Assembly: GCA_026023565.1 (NCBI GenBank)
Contig: JAPETS010000009.1
Location: 372,001 to 436,000, forward strand
DNA from: Cirrosporium novae-zelandiae
Lineage: Eukaryota
Reading direction: 5' to 3'
DNA length: 64,000 bases
The stretch's first letter is position 1. Every line of letters begins with the position of its first letter. The position numbers and the translations under genes are program-made. Of this stretch, positions 12,833 to 23,603 are shown piece by piece. Under the pieces are notes generated by a model, which was not told the DNA's origin, did not search any database, and saw only the letters and a list, made by a program, of their open reading frames with translations.

Positions 12833-14980
12833 ATGCCGAACGTCTTAAAAACCCGCGTTGTGAAATTTCAGTTCTGTCACGATGGGGAATGCGACTTTGG
12901 TGAGGGGGAGCTGCATCTTGTTATTGAGACTAGCTACGTCGAACTAAGGCGTGGCAGTGCAAGAGCTCTGTCATATACATGGGGCGAGTTTGATCGCAAG
13001 CAAACGGAAATCGGGCACTATAAAGATGGCCGGCGGGCAACGATGGAGCTCGGCCAGGAGTGGGATATCTTGGAATTGGTCGTGACGTTGCAGGACTTAT
13101 GTTTGGAACCTGACCAGTCGCAATATTGCTGGATCGATCAACTATGCATTGCCCAAGATGATGCAGAGGAGGTTCGCTCAACTTTGGCTAAGATTCCAGA
13201 CATCTATCGCAACTTTGATGTCATAGTCTTATTTCCTGGGTCACTCTGTGAATGTCAATTACGAGCATTGGACTATCTTGAAGCTGCTGTCGTCGCCGAT
13301 CCATCACAACAGGGGAAAATATACCCTAATGTCAACGTTGGACTTTGTGTCTGGTCACAAGTGATGGTTGGAGCTTGCTTTAATAACCTGAGCTATTATG
13401 CCTGGTTCAGCCGCTTGTGGACTAGGCAAGAACTAATGTATGCCAGTCGAATTAACACCAGATGGACAGGACAGAACCCTTCTTCGTGTCCAACTAGCGT
13501 CCTAGATCTCGATAAACATAACACAGAGAACATTCCTATTATATCCTATGAGCAGAACACGAAAGATCTTCTTTCATCTTATGTGGAGAACATGAAAGAT
13601 TTCTATTTATCCCATGAACAAATTTCTAGCCTCGAACCGACGCCCAGACTTTGGTGTGAGAGGTGGATGGACGAGATGGAAAATTCAGGTTCCAGCTCAC
13701 CCGACACACGCTACTCTAACATACAACAGAAACTTATCGATGTTTCAAATGTAGCTTCGGTAGAAGCCGGTGAATCACTTAAGAATTGGGCTGCATTTCA
13801 TTCGGCAGACAAAAGGATTAGAGGAGAGCAAAGTATTGTTCTTCGTTCGCGATTTATATGTGGTGTCACGTTTGAAAGCCAGCTTCCTCCTATTGATAAA
13901 TATAAGGAAGAGGAGAAAGTAAACCATTTTCTGCATATGTTATGTGGTCTTATTCGGACTAAAAGATCTGCAACACAGCTTCGAGATTATGTTGTGGCAG
14001 TCTGGGTGGATTGTCCTAAGTATATTTTGCCACAGGGATACAAGGATATGGAGCTTCCACTTCTATTGCAAGACGCCGTGAAGCAGCTGGAAAGCAACCA
14101 TGGTGTATCAGTCGCAACGAATGCTCTAGCAGGCTTATTCGGATGCGAAGGGCCCAGTGCTCTTTGGAGACCGGCCTTGTATCTAGATTCGGTCGCAGTA
14201 AGAGCCGCTGACGATATATATGGCCCTCTCCTAGTACCTAAGCATCACTATGGTATATACTCGGAAGAAAGATTACCACTGACCAGACGCCCTGGGACGG
14301 AAACACCGCCAGCTAATAAGGTATACAATTACGACCAGATATTCGCTACCACACCTTCGGCGGATGTTTTCGACTTTATGGTCTGCATGGTCAAGACATG
14401 GCCTATAAACATCATTTTCTCATATAGAGCTTACGCTATGTCACCAGAACATAATAGAGCTTTACTTGACAAAAATGATATGACTGAACTATTCTGTAAA
14501 GAAGTTATGCATTCTGCATCAAGGGATGTGATCGAGAGGCAACCTGCTGCCCGGGTTGATAACCCAGGATTATTCCTTCAAAGATGGAATATCTCCTGGA
14601 AACACAGAGAGGAAATTGATCATAAAAATGCAGTGTACCGCTTAGTCTGCAAAGCCCTGAGATTAAATGAAAAAATGAGCCGAGATAAGAACCTTCGTTT
14701 GATGGTTGATCGGGGCTCGCATGATTCTCCGCCCCGAATTGGGTTGACCTGGCTGGATTTTGATTCAGAAGATGATTTGACCACGTGCACTATCCGTGCA
14801 GCTAGCCCGTTCGAGAATGACTATCAAGAGAAAGGCTTATTCGAGGCCATAGAGACCGATGTAGGAGAGGATGTGCCAACTTATCGTCTTATCGGTGTCT
14901 GGGTGCCGTCGGTAGACTTTCCCGACAGCAAAGTCGAGAAATTTGCAAATCCTTATGGTAAAGATGGTTATTTGATCTAG
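12833..14980 (+). CDS. HET (heterokaryon incompatibility) domain protein, 715 aa, intronless
   Basis: ALSYTWG, CWIDQLCIAQDD, IPDIYRN and WFSRLWTRQE are the hallmark HET motifs. The ORF is uninterrupted. Confidence 0.9.
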   Translation: MPNVLKTRVVKFQFCHDGECDFGEGELHLVIETSYVELRRGSARALSYTWGEFDRKQTEIGHYKDGRRATMELGQEWDILELVVTLQDLCLEPDQSQYCWIDQLCIAQDDAEEVRSTLAKIPDIYRNFDVIVLFPGSLCECQLRALDYLEAAVVADPSQQGKIYPNVNVGLCVWSQVMVGACFNNLSYYAWFSRLWTRQELMYASRINTRWTGQNPSSCPTSVLDLDKHNTENIPIISYEQNTKDLLSSYVENMKDFYLSHEQISSLEPTPRLWCERWMDEMENSGSSSPDTRYSNIQQKLIDVSNVASVEAGESLKNWAAFHSADKRIRGEQSIVLRSRFICGVTFESQLPPIDKYKEEEKVNHFLHMLCGLIRTKRSATQLRDYVVAVWVDCPKYILPQGYKDMELPLLLQDAVKQLESNHGVSVATNALAGLFGCEGPSALWRPALYLDSVAVRAADDIYGPLLVPKHHYGIYSEERLPLTRRPGTETPPANKVYNYDQIFATTPSADVFDFMVCMVKTWPINIIFSYRAYAMSPEHNRALLDKNDMTELFCKEVMHSASRDVIERQPAARVDNPGLFLQRWNISWKHREEIDHKNAVYRLVCKALRLNEKMSRDKNLRLMVDRGSHDSPPRIGLTWLDFDSEDDLTTCTIRAASPFENDYQEKGLFEAIETDVGEDVPTYRLIGVWVPSVDFPDSKVEKFANPYGKDGYLI

Positions 14981-15087
14981 CCGGTTCCTGACCAAAATTC
15001 AATGTTTCCCTTAGCGAATAGCTTTTGCCAATAGATATATTTATTTGCTGCATATTCGTTATAAGGAAGTAGATTAGTAATAATAAT

Positions 15088-15379
15088 CTTATCTCCGCGT
15101 GATATCAAGTTGAGATAAAATAGTTATTAGTTTCTACGAAATAAAATACCGAGCTCCGATATCCCAACGAATTTCAAATAATACAAAAATATGCCCCCCC
15201 ACTTTATTAATTCGTATTTATATAGACCAAATAGACTTTGGACAACCAAAATCTAGTCAATCTATTAAAAAACTCGATTTAATCGATCTGGTTTTTCTAA
15301 AAGCTTGGTCTGGTCGGTTTAAGGTCTATAGACCGTCTATGGTAGACCGCCTATTTGGTCCAGTCTATTCACAATACTG
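15088..15379 (-). mobile_element. One-ended remnant of the hAT-type family, interior facing the HET gene
   Basis: Reverse complement begins CAGTATTGTGAATAGACTGGACCAAATAGGCGGTCTA and aligns by eye with about the first 240 bp of the 37484-37890 copy. No partner TIR or TSD found. Confidence 0.75.
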
Positions 15380-16042
15380 TGAGAGAAGGAGATGGATGTT
15401 AGAGATGATGTTTTGAGAGAGAGGGGGGAGAGGGGGGGTATTTATAGATTTTGGGGGACACATACAGAAAGAGAGAGAAAGAAACCACCTTCCTTACACC
15501 TAACCTAACCTAACAACCTCAGACGTCAGACCTAACACTTTGACTTCCTTGACTCACGAGCCTATCTACAATACCGCCCAAATAATCCCCAAAACCCCCA
15601 AAAACCCGAGACAACCAGAAACCAGAAACCAGAAAATCCGAAGCAAAATCCAAAAAAAAACCCTCCAAAAACCCAAACGAACAGAACATGAAACTCGAAA
15701 CTCGAAAAGTGATGATAATAATGATGCTTTCTCGTTCTCTAGTTCTCTAGTTCCTAATTCCAAGACCGATGGTGATGTGATCTCATACCCTACACCCCTA
15801 TACCCTATACCCTATACCCTTACACCTTACACCTACTTTACGCCTATTCTCTAATATATCTATCCATGTACCTACCTAGGTAGGTATGTGACATTCTTTC
15901 CCCCCGACCCCCCATTTTTTTTGTTGGGGAATGACATGGCTTGGTTCGGGGAATTGGGAATGGGCGAGGGTGAGGCGAGGTTTTTAATTATTTGATTTTT
16001 GACATGAATGTATGGAGACATAAAGCCGAGCCTCGGATTTTG

Positions 16043-16094
16043 ATAGATCGACTAGACTAAGGGGGTCGGTCTGGTCGGTGCCCTCTACCCACTG
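16043..16094. repeat. Very degenerate terminus of the same TIR family
   Basis: GACTAGACTAA...GGTCGGTCTGGTCGG...CCACTG resembles the subterminal array plus a CACTG end. Confidence 0.3.
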
Positions 16095-17727
16095 CAACAT
16101 CTCCATTAGGATGTATGTCCCCCCTTCCCGTGAACCACTCAGTATCCCATCCCTAAATCACTCTCTGCTGGCTATAGGAGTCAAAGGCGTCGGGAGTGCT
16201 GGGCGGAGCTAGAGCCTTTTCATGATCAGTATGGCCAGATATCGCATTTCCGGGTTTTGGCTTTTGAGGGGCCTAGCAATGGAACAACAGAAAAGCTGGA
16301 TGTTGAAAAGAAGGAAAGGCCAGAGAAATTTTACTTTAATTGTGACGAGGGATTTGCTAGTGATGTTATGTTAGATCCCTCTCTTCATAGATCATCACTT
16401 ACGGCTACACTTTGGTCTGGATAGAGAGAAGTGAATGGAGTGAAATAACATTCATTCCATTTGCATATTTACTTATTCTTACCCATCCCTATCCAAGTGG
16501 TACTCTCTCATGTTCCCTCTTATGGCGACAAGGATGATATGATGCACTGCATAGCAGCCTAAGCGGAGGCCATGTCTCTCTCTTTCTCTCTCTGTGGGTA
16601 TGGGTAGATTGGTACACACATTGTTTGATGTATTTATTTATGATAGCTGTACCCACACACATTTTCTTCTGTGTTTTGTTTGTTTTTCTTTGATTCGTTT
16701 GCTTGTTTGTTTGCCTGCTTGATATAGGAGAATGCACTCTCCCCTAGGCTTTGGGGCCTGGGTGGTTAGAAGAAGGGATGAAGATGTGGAATATTAAATG
16801 GGTGGACTGTCTCCTACTTTTTCTCTGTCTCTGTCTCTAGCTGTCTTTCTGCGTTCCTGCCATCGTGCTTTCATCACTACTCGTATGTTTATTTCGGTTT
16901 CTGCTAGTCTTGTATGGATATGCTAGGCGATATGTGAATTAAATCAGCACGAATTCTTCCGTTATGGAATACCAGAAAACACGGAAACTTGGAAGCATTG
17001 GTTCTTTCGCACGCATCCGCATATACACATACATGTCATGTTCTCAGCGCCAACTTTTTTGAGAGGTCAAGAAGGGGGTAACATAAACGTGCTTATTCTT
17101 TTATCCCTCGTTTATGTTTAATATTCGTTTATGAATACCTTACTTTCTTCGCCTAATGTAAGAGCCTGTATCGTACACGGGCTTCGTTGGTACTGTAGAA
17201 GAAGAGCAGGATATATGTCGATGTATGAGGGAGCTCCAGATAGTGATTTCGGTGCCAGGTACCAGAGAAATATACGAAGAAACGATATCTTATATATAAC
17301 TGTGCTCCGTAAGGAAGTACGGGGGAAAGGAAACACATTACGAGTTTTGTTTTCCTTGACGAGGTATTCAAATTGCACGCATGTATCAGATGTTTCTGAT
17401 TCGTCGTGCTGTTGCTGTCGACTAGAACAATCAACACTAGAAAGAAAATGAGTGAATGTGAAGGAGTACTGGCAGATTCGACACCGACTACGCACTCAGG
17501 AATCTGGCTAATAAATTTTGTTCTTGGGATTAAGGGAGCTCTTCTTCTCTTCCCTTTTCCTCTTTTCATAATATATGATTAAAGGTCAGCTCAACTCTCG
17601 AACTAATCAAGAGAGACGTTCAACCTCTTAGTTCACTGACTTGACCTCAAGCGCATTTGCTCAATTTACTTCATTTATTCTAAAACTTCACAGAGGCGGC
17701 TTCCTAGAGAGAATACTTCTTGTCAAT

Positions 17728-19154
17728 ATGGTTGAAAGCAGCATGATGAACCTTATCAACATGCCCCTTGTTAACGTGACTATGAACCAAATCGGCAACC
17801 CTTACCAAATGCACCCGAATGCAATCAACATGACCAATATGAACTTGGGTTATATTGACCCAAATCAAATGCACCTAAACCAAATCGATATAACCCAGGC
17901 AAGTCCGAACGATATGAATCCAAACGAAATGTGCTTGAACAATCCCAATCAAATGTACCTGAACGCACCTGATCCTAGGCACACTGAACTGAACATAGTC
18001 GGATATCCAAAAAGCAAGGACAAGACTGAGAAAGAACTCTTTAGAAAATGGAGGGTAGAACAAGACAGTAAGTTAGATCCACTCATGCGAGGGATAACAA
18101 CGAATACAATTGAATAGAAATTTGCAAAATTTCTAGACTTGTTGAGAAGAGAGGTCAACTATTCACAAACAACACCCCAGATGGAACAGAACGTAAGAGG
18201 CTTCATCAGCTTACTACTGATCTCAACCCTCATTCTTCATATTTAAACCCCAACTACAACCTTTCTACTTCTCCTTTACCATTCACTCAAGGCTTCTGAA
18301 TAAGACTCGGACATTAACATGAAATAGGGAAAGCTATATATGCCCACCTCTTTAATTTAATCGATGATTCAGATCAATACAGTGAGTAATTGAAGTCTTT
18401 CCAAGAAAAAATATTCAGGCTAACTTCGGCAGATCACCCCCAAGTAATGAAACCTTCCAAAGTCTTCCCAGAACGAAAAGGCGACATTACATCCTTCCAT
18501 CCTCGATACAAGCATTGGGGTGAGAGCCGAAAAGATCGCTCGCTATTGTTATTCGAGTATCAAAGAATGAGGACAGACCCAAACTATGAGTCAGGTCCAC
18601 TGATTCTAGATGATCAAATCGCCCTGAATCCCGACGGCCATCCTATCATTGGGTACGACATCCCGACAAGAATCAGTTCGAGAACCAAGGGACATGTTCT
18701 AGAAACATACTTTCGTGAAGATAGCAGATTAACATGGAGAGATTTAACATCACGTATAATTCCTACAGCAAGTGGGAAAAGGGCGTCGGAGAAGCAAGGC
18801 GCCTTTCAAATGCGCACCTACTGATTCCGAAGAGAGGCCAAGCTTATTGCCTGGGGTGATGAGAATAGAAGATCCGACTATTGGGAGACTCTTATAAAAG
18901 AAGAAATGACTACAGAGATGCATGCAGCCAATAGCACAAAAGATTTGATGGATAGGTCCAAAGCAGAGATCCGCAAACACGAAATAGAACAATGGGGAAC
19001 AGAAACGAAGTTCTTAAACAGGACAGGCAAGACAAAGCGGTTGGGTGACGCAGAAAGAAACGAAAGAAAGACCAAATTACTAAAAATCATTACCACTTCT
19101 GGTGAGAATCGGGATGATGCGGAGGAGTATGCAATTCCAAATGAGTATGCCTAG
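17728..19154 (+). pseudogene. Decayed multi-intron gene of unknown function, paralog of 34559-36166, with an N/Q/M-rich repetitive N-terminus
   Basis: Shares NIVG, NTPDGxE, RYxHWG, PIIGxDxPTRI, LETxxREDSRxTW and QMRTxxFRREAxLIAWG with the 34.5-36.2 kb copy. In-frame TGA at 18822-18824 sits where the paralog has Arg. Confidence 0.75.
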
Positions 19155-20393
19155 GCACGCTGGCCATAGTATCGGCGACCCAAAGTTTCGATACCAACAA
19201 GTTAATAGTTTTACACTTCATTTCCTAACATTGTACATTAGCTTTCTCATTACCTTGGCAGAAGCAAAATAACCTTACATAAAGAGGGTTGGTTTCCTTT
19301 ATAACTAAAATTACAATTTCATGATGACGCTGATAGAAATTCCATGACAACGTTACTTGGTGTTTGGGCGAGATTCCTACCGCATTAATACCCCACCCAC
19401 CAACAACCTTTCAAGGAATAGCGACAACATCACACTAATGCAATATCAAAAGACAACCATTATATAAACACATGATTATCTTTAGGACACTATATATATT
19501 ATAGTACCTGTTACAGTCACTGGGACCTCAGAAGAGGCATACACCTACCCCAGTCCTTCTCACGCCCTATTCAAATTCAACCTTCAATTATATTTCCGAC
19601 CACCTTCCCCCCAAGACCCCACAGAAGGCTCTATGTTATAGGATTCGGAAACTTTTGAGGCGCACCAAAAAAAACAGTCGGCAATCAAACCACCGGTAAC
19701 AGTCCGCACCGTGGCCACCATGACATTAAATAAATGCCATCAAACGTACAATAAAAACATTCCTGGTGCCTATTTATCTATCGATTGTGATCCTCTCGCC
19801 TCGATCAATATGATGGCTGCATATGTGAATGAAACTCCTAATAGTTTGCGCCATTGGTTTACTATTAATCCGGTGTTTTCCTGGTACAAAAACGCGAACA
19901 AGCAAACTTTTTGGAAATTCGGTACAGTCAAATCCCAGATCAGCAACCAGATAATTAGGCAAATTGTTGTGAAATATCAATTCCACTTAATAGTTGTATT
20001 TCCTTAAGGGACTACTAAGTACAGGTGTCCTTTTTTGTGGTGCGGACTTACTAAAGGATTAGTAAGTCAGCCCTAGCCCTAGCATATATGCCTGAAGCAC
20101 ATATGCAGCCTCTCTACGATCGGCCTACTACTAAGTGGACCTCCTAGGATATTATTTACAACACAAATTATAAATCATAAACAACTTCTTAATATAGTGA
20201 TAAAATTCATTCGTTCCGACTTCTATCTGTCTGATCTTTCCGACCCAGTATCCCCTCCTATATTTATCAATGAAATTATAGATACATTGGTGTCACAAAG
20301 GAAGAGAAGTAGAATACTAAAAAGGGGTTCTGTCACAAAGGAGGGGAAATGGAGTACTAGAAGGGGTCGCTACGTCTGGGGACCAAGAGCGGG

Positions 20394-22003
20394 ATGAAAA
20401 CGGGGAAGTGGCGTTACGTGGCGCCGATAGGTTACCGAGAAGACGTCAAACAGAAAAACTTATATAAGAAGATAGAAGGAAAGCTGGGAAAGGCCAGCTT
20501 TCAGTCTAGTATTATACAGGAGTACTATTATTTCAATATTACTACGATATGGACACACTACCTATCCGCATCGCTACCTACACTATCAGAGCCCCAACCT
20601 TGACAATTGGCCAAAAAATTTATAACCAATTTATTTTTTAATAAAACTATCGGGTTTTTTGCAGTTTTGTTTTACGCAAAAGCGCTAATACGTATAGATC
20701 GTACCGACGACCGTTACACGGCCTATTTTCCGCGGACCCCCGAGTTGGCAAAAATACCCCAAAATAATCTATAGTATAATCTGACTCCATCCAATCTAAC
20801 CGAAGCTTCCCAGGTTGGGGCGTTTCTATTGTTTCCCCACCAGGAAGATATACAGCGAACCGCGTTTGCGTTGAAATCATATATTCGGCAGTCTACCGAC
20901 GCTCGGGGGCAAATAGATCTAGTCGATCCAAGTACCCAGTCCCAAAAAAACAAAACGAAAGATCTGGGCGTGACCATCCTGCAGTTCGCTCCCGTTGAAG
21001 ATTCGTCAGAGTATAGCGACAGTGTTGTCGATGGACCAGACTGACCAGACCGACCCCCCAAATTTCCCCCTACAAACCCCAAAAATATACCCCCCACCAA
21101 TAATTCGCATTTATATAGACCAAATAGACCTTGGATAATCAAGGTCTGGTCGGTCTGGTCTATTCAAAAGCTTGGTCTGGTCGGTCTAAGGTCTATAGAC
21201 CGTCTATTTAGTCTGGTCCATCGACAACGCTGTATAACGATATTAAAAAAGTATCGTCAGCTAGAGTCTCCACCTCAGTAGGTTTTTTGAATAAAAATGC
21301 GAAACAGCGCAGACTTACCTACAGCCGGCGGTACAAACGTTTTCAATTTTTTATTTTTGATATATTTCCTGCGGACCGGATCGCACAAGAAGATCCTGAA
21401 AAATTCGAAAAAATTATTGAACAGCTGGTTCTTCAGTATTCCGTTTCTACCGATAATGAGTTCGAATTCCAAAATACCGCCGGGGAACCTCTGTCGCTGT
21501 AGGATTTTAAAACTGTTTTAGAAATTATTACCTAGAAAATCAGCATCGTTGAAAGGACCGACATTTTCCGTTCTATCCGCGGAGAAAAAATCCTATCTTA
21601 TCAGCAAGTACAGCGGATATACGAAACGGCTGCGGTCGCAGCCAACGTTCACGAGGCTGACATATTAGGTCGAAAAATTAACGAAGCCCACGAAATCAAT
21701 AATAATAAGCTGCTCGAGGCCGTGACAGATATAGGCCTCGTCTATTTTCCGGACCAGCCGTATGTGGATGCCTGTCGGCGGCTAGGTATAGAGCCCGAAC
21801 AACCCACCATTTATTCTGTATGGGTTATCCGAGTTTTTCCAGCTACCGCTACCTTTCCCCCCAATATTAAAGCAGGGATCTATCCCCATCAAGTATTAGA
21901 AGCAGATTGGATCGTACGGATGATAAAATCACTTTTTAAATCATGCCTTTTTAGTACTGACGTGGGTTTGGGCAAAACTCTGACTCTGTTTACCGGAAGG
22001 TAG
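20394..22003 (+). pseudogene. Relic of a SNF2-family-like helicase gene (N-terminal region through motif I), interrupted by a MITE
   Basis: One frame once 21020-21240 is removed, with only 4 internal stops (20601, 20772, 21500, 21533). Ends IYPHQVLEADWIVRMIKSLFKSCLFSTDVGLGKTL, matching the SNF2 Q-motif and DxxGLGKT. Confidence 0.7.
21020..21232. mobile_element. hAT-type MITE, 213 bp
   Basis: TIRs CAGTGTTGTCGATGGACCAGACT and (rc) CAGCGTTGTCGATGGACCAGACT match 22 of 23. TSD TATAGCGA / TATAACGA matches 7 of 8. Confidence 0.9.
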
Positions 22004-22972
22004 GAACGAAGCAGGAAAGAAAGCGTCAACCGTGCCTGTACATTAAAAAGCATAACCAGAGAGAATCTGTAGAATAGCAATGAGAGGATCCAGTATCACT
22101 CTAGCAATAAATCAGTTCAAGGTGCCATCACACCTTCCAGAAAAGGCCCCTTGCTGAGCTTAGAAGCTCAGCAAGTAAGCATCATCCACAAATTCTGTAT
22201 GTTCACTTCCTAATCCATGAGAGGCCTTACAAGTGGTAGCATACAGTAACTATAAAGTCGACCAGACACCCAGTTGTTGTCAGAGTCCACTTTATTCACC
22301 ACAAACGATTGTTCCACCACCTGTTTTTTCTTCTTTTCACACAGTCCAAATACCACCTTTACTAACTGTTTGCTAAGCAAACAGAGACCTCATCAACGAT
22401 ATCTCCCCTCAGATGACATTGGAGCCCCCATCGGTCTTCACTCAGACCATAAATACCGCACCCAAACTTGTTGTGCTTATCGAGCAGCATTCACCCAAAA
22501 AGAAGAAGGCCAAATCTACTACTACTCCTTCAAAGGCACTAAGCATTGCTTCCTCGATGATGCTCCTTCATCATTGCATCAGTTTACTTGTCAATTTCGG
22601 GTTATTGTCAAAGATTATGACTATTTTTGCGAGATAGTCTGAGCTGCTACTTCAATTTCAAAGAGCTGTCAAGGTACTGAGCCAGGCTAGACGAGAATAT
22701 TGGAAACCTTCATGCTGCCCATATCTCCTGCCACCTGGACGGCTTCGCTTCATGACGTCTTGCCAAGGTGCAAGACTCAACCACAAACATACCCCAAACT
22801 CGATCTATCCTACTCTTCGTCCCAACTAGTATCACAGCCTATCGTTTTGGGCCTTCCAGCAAATGGTCTACGTTATCGTTTCGTTGGCCCTGATCAACGG
22901 CTACGGTGATAGGCTCATACTCGGCTTGATTAAGGCTGGGACTGCCACTGGATAAGCAGATGCACACGGGAC

Positions 22973-23029
22973 GGTTGGTCTAAGGTCTATAAACCGTCTA
23001 GGTCAGACCGTCTATTTGGTTCAGTCTAT
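22973..23029 (-). repeat. Subterminal remnant of the same TIR family, terminus lost
   Basis: GGTTGGTCTAAGGTCTATAAACCGTCTAGGTCAGACCGTCTATTTGGTTCAGTCTAT aligns with 15315-15368 and 43765-43820. Confidence 0.65.
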
Positions 23030-23309
23030 CTACTTCAAGGAGCAGCCAGAATGAGGCCCTTCAACGAAAAAAGAATAGGGAGGGAAATGAAAATTCTTGG
23101 CACGGCTTGTCAGCCAGAGAATCTGCAGAAGTCTTCTGATCCTTAGACCAAAATCCTCCCTTTTCCCTCATGTCCACGTCTCCAAGGTCATTGGCATCGC
23201 AGGAAAGGATGTCGATGATGGCCATAATGACGATAACGAGGACTCTAGTTTAATCCCTTTAAAATACTGGTATTATGAAAGCTAGAAGGTCCTAGGGAAA
23301 TTGAACTCC

Positions 23310-23603
23310 GCAGCATTAGCCAGCACTATCCCAGAGGTATTGAGTGCTGTTAAAGGTATCGGATATTTGGTCATTGTTCGTGCAGCATATGCCCTTGGAG
23401 GCTTGGGGAGTGGTTTTGCAGAAAACGAAGAGCAGTTACTCGATCTCTGTAATAAAGCAATTGCAGCCAGCCCTCAAATTCTTATCGAAAGAAATATAAA
23501 AAACTGGAAAAAAATTGAATATAAAGGTGTCCGTGATTCTCGAGATAATTGCATCACGGTTTGCAACATGGAAAACTCTGATACTCTTAGTATCCATACT
23601 GGA
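23310..23603 (+). pseudogene. Isolated internal fragment of a carbamoyl-phosphate synthetase large domain (URA2/pyrABCN-like)
   Basis: [34 protein letters not shown]...[45 protein letters not shown] follows the CPS ATP-grasp consensus. No other part of the gene is nearby. Confidence 0.9.
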
